DNA of 64,000 bases, taken from NCBI GenBank assembly GCA_965226495.1, contig OZ245365.1, positions 1,248,001-1,312,000 of the forward strand. Reading direction: 5' to 3'. Made by a program: the position numbers and the translations under genes. Source of the DNA: Candidatus Marinacidobacterales bacterium (GTDB taxonomy: Bacteria > Acidobacteriota > Vicinamibacteria > Marinacidobacterales > DATDRI01). Shown here piece after piece: positions 62,531 through 64,000 of this stretch. Position 1 is the stretch's first letter; every line of letters begins with the position of its first letter. Below the pieces are notes generated by a model, which made no database searches, had not been told where the DNA came from, and worked only from the letters and a program-made list of their open reading frames with translations.

Positions 62531-64000
62531 CTACGCGGCGCTCAGCGCATAGAGCAAGTCGGCATAGCACTTTTCGATTCCTGGCAGTCCGACCACGGCA
62601 GACGGCGAGGAGGCCGACGAAGGCTTCGGGTCGACCAACATGTACTCGTTCGGCGCGTGCAGGTTGCCACCGTGTCCCAGTCCCACCAAGATGAGAGGTA
62701 GGTCGAGTCTTTCGGTGAACTGATAGAACGGCGCATTTGCTCCGAAACGAGGCCACACCGCAGGAGTGATGCCGTATTTGTTATAGACCGAGATCGCTTT
62801 TTGCACGAGGGGAGCTTCGACCGTCGTCTGCGACGGCGGGTACGAGGCGAGGGTTCTGATCTCGATGTCCTCGAAGCCGCTATCATCGAGGTGTTGACGG
62901 ATCATCTTCAAGGCGGTCTCCGGACGTTGATTCGGCACGAGCATCGAATCGATCTTGGCCACCGCTCGGCTGGGCAAGATGCAGTTGGCGCCCGGGCCTA
63001 CGTAGCCGGAGGAGATACCGTCGATGTTGAGCGTGGTGTCGAAGAGAAACTGCGTGAACGTATCTTTGCCCCGGCTCCCTCCGATCCATCTCTTCACGCC
63101 CAAGTCGGTGTACTGAGTAAACTCGCCATTTGGGCCGAAGAATCCCTCCAGTTGAGGACTGTTGATCAGGCGCTGTTGCTCTGCATTGGGAGGCTGGATC
63201 GAGTCACTATAGCCAGGGACGGTAATGGTGTTCCCGTCGGGTGACGTCAGAGTCGAGAGCGCTTGTACGAGTCGCCAGGCAGGGGAGTCGACAATCGATT
63301 TGAACCAACCGCCGATGTCATCCACGGTGGGGCCGCCCTGAGCGCTACCGGTCGCTTCGAGCTCGAGGTAGAGCCATCCTTTCATCCCCAAACTCAACGT
63401 GGCGGCGCCTTCTGCGTTTTGGGAATTATGAGGGCAAATGACACCGACCGCTTCACGCAACCGCTCTCCGTAACGATCGATTACCTGCGCATAGCTACGG
63501 GAACCGATCTCCTCCTCGCCTTCGGCAGCGATCATTAGATTGATGGGAAGATTGCCCTCCGCCGCGATAATGGATTCCACCGCGTTCAAGAAGGCGCGCT
63601 CCGGTCCTTTCTGGTTCGCCGCTCCCCGCGCCATGATCGCCGTGCCGAGCTCCTCCATTTCGACGAGCTCGCCGGCAAAAGGAGCGACCCGCCATTTATC
63701 GTCTACCGCGGGGACGACGTCATACATCATGTAAACGGCCAGCGTGGTCTCCGCACCGGCGTCGTAATAGCCCCAGACACCAGGATGCCCGGTGGTCGGC
63801 ACCAGCTCGGCTTCCTTGAATCCCAGCCGCCGGAAATCATTACGGACCATCGTTGCCATTTCCTCGATCCCAGTGCCGTGGGCACTGTCCGAGGGTTGTC
63901 GTAACCAGCGGCGGACGTGCTCCAGATGAGCGTCTCGATGCTGGTCGATGTACTCATAAACGGCAGGATGGTTTCCTTCGTACGCCGAAATCTCCGACGC
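62531..64000 (-). CDS. M20/M25/M40 family metallo-dipeptidase (5' end outside the window)
   Basis: The frame is open to the window edge (...YIDQHRDAHLEHVRRWLRQPS). ARGAANQKG, EGEEEIGS and HAPNEY are present. Confidence 0.9.
   Translation of the reverse strand, partial: ASEISAYEGNHPAVYEYIDQHRDAHLEHVRRWLRQPSDSAHGTGIEEMATMVRNDFRRLGFKEAELVPTTGHPGVWGYYDAGAETTLAVYMMYDVVPAVDDKWRVAPFAGELVEMEELGTAIMARGAANQKGPERAFLNAVESIIAAEGNLPINLMIAAEGEEEIGSRSYAQVIDRYGERLREAVGVICPHNSQNAEGAATLSLGMKGWLYLELEATGSAQGGPTVDDIGGWFKSIVDSPAWRLVQALSTLTSPDGNTITVPGYSDSIQPPNAEQQRLINSPQLEGFFGPNGEFTQYTDLGVKRWIGGSRGKDTFTQFLFDTTLNIDGISSGYVGPGANCILPSRAVAKIDSMLVPNQRPETALKMIRQHLDDSGFEDIEIRTLASYPPSQTTVEAPLVQKAISVYNKYGITPAVWPRFGANAPFYQFTERLDLPLILVGLGHGGNLHAPNEYMLVDPKPSSASSPSAVVGLPGIEKCYADLLYALSAA

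Overview
GC-rich bacterial DNA. The gene content (three Hanks-type Ser/Thr kinases with periplasmic sensor domains, paired VWA proteins, a zincin-TPR protein, TonB fusions) suggests Acidobacteriota, which is an inference only. All family names come from motif recognition by eye, not from database searches. No rRNA, tRNA or CRISPR array was seen. 1-16.1 kb is a partly decaying island of exported proteins of unknown function (DUF481, two DUF3604 genes of which one is internally deleted, an SphA-like barrel, a DUF2092 pseudogene, and a DUF1254/DUF1214 fusion between two paralogous propeller-like proteins). It ends at an IS1182-family element inserted into a palindrome. 18-38 kb is mixed: kinases, an SSS symporter, a PlpD-like patatin, a solo HNH gene, mpg, a Dpp-type ABC cluster without ATPases, and hydrolases. 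The main finding is at 38-51 kb. Four sigma54 -24/-12 promoters are each preceded, 53-54 bp upstream, by the same tandem TTCG-N5-CGAA palindromes. They cluster around a GAF-AAA+-Fis enhancer-binding protein, a TonB-dependent receptor and a Ser/Thr kinase-TM-TonB fusion. Together these suggest a trans-envelope receptor -> kinase-TonB -> sigma54 activator circuit controlling a lipoprotein, a secreted EEP hydrolase, a small membrane protein and a TRAP-T transporter. The promoter architecture is read directly from the sequence, while the signalling link is a hypothesis. 51-64 kb holds an ICMT-like gene, a zincin-TPR-TonB fusion, a VWA pair, a Deg protease, csp, patatin, ribA, an M14 hydrolase, an SSS symporter and a partial M20 peptidase.
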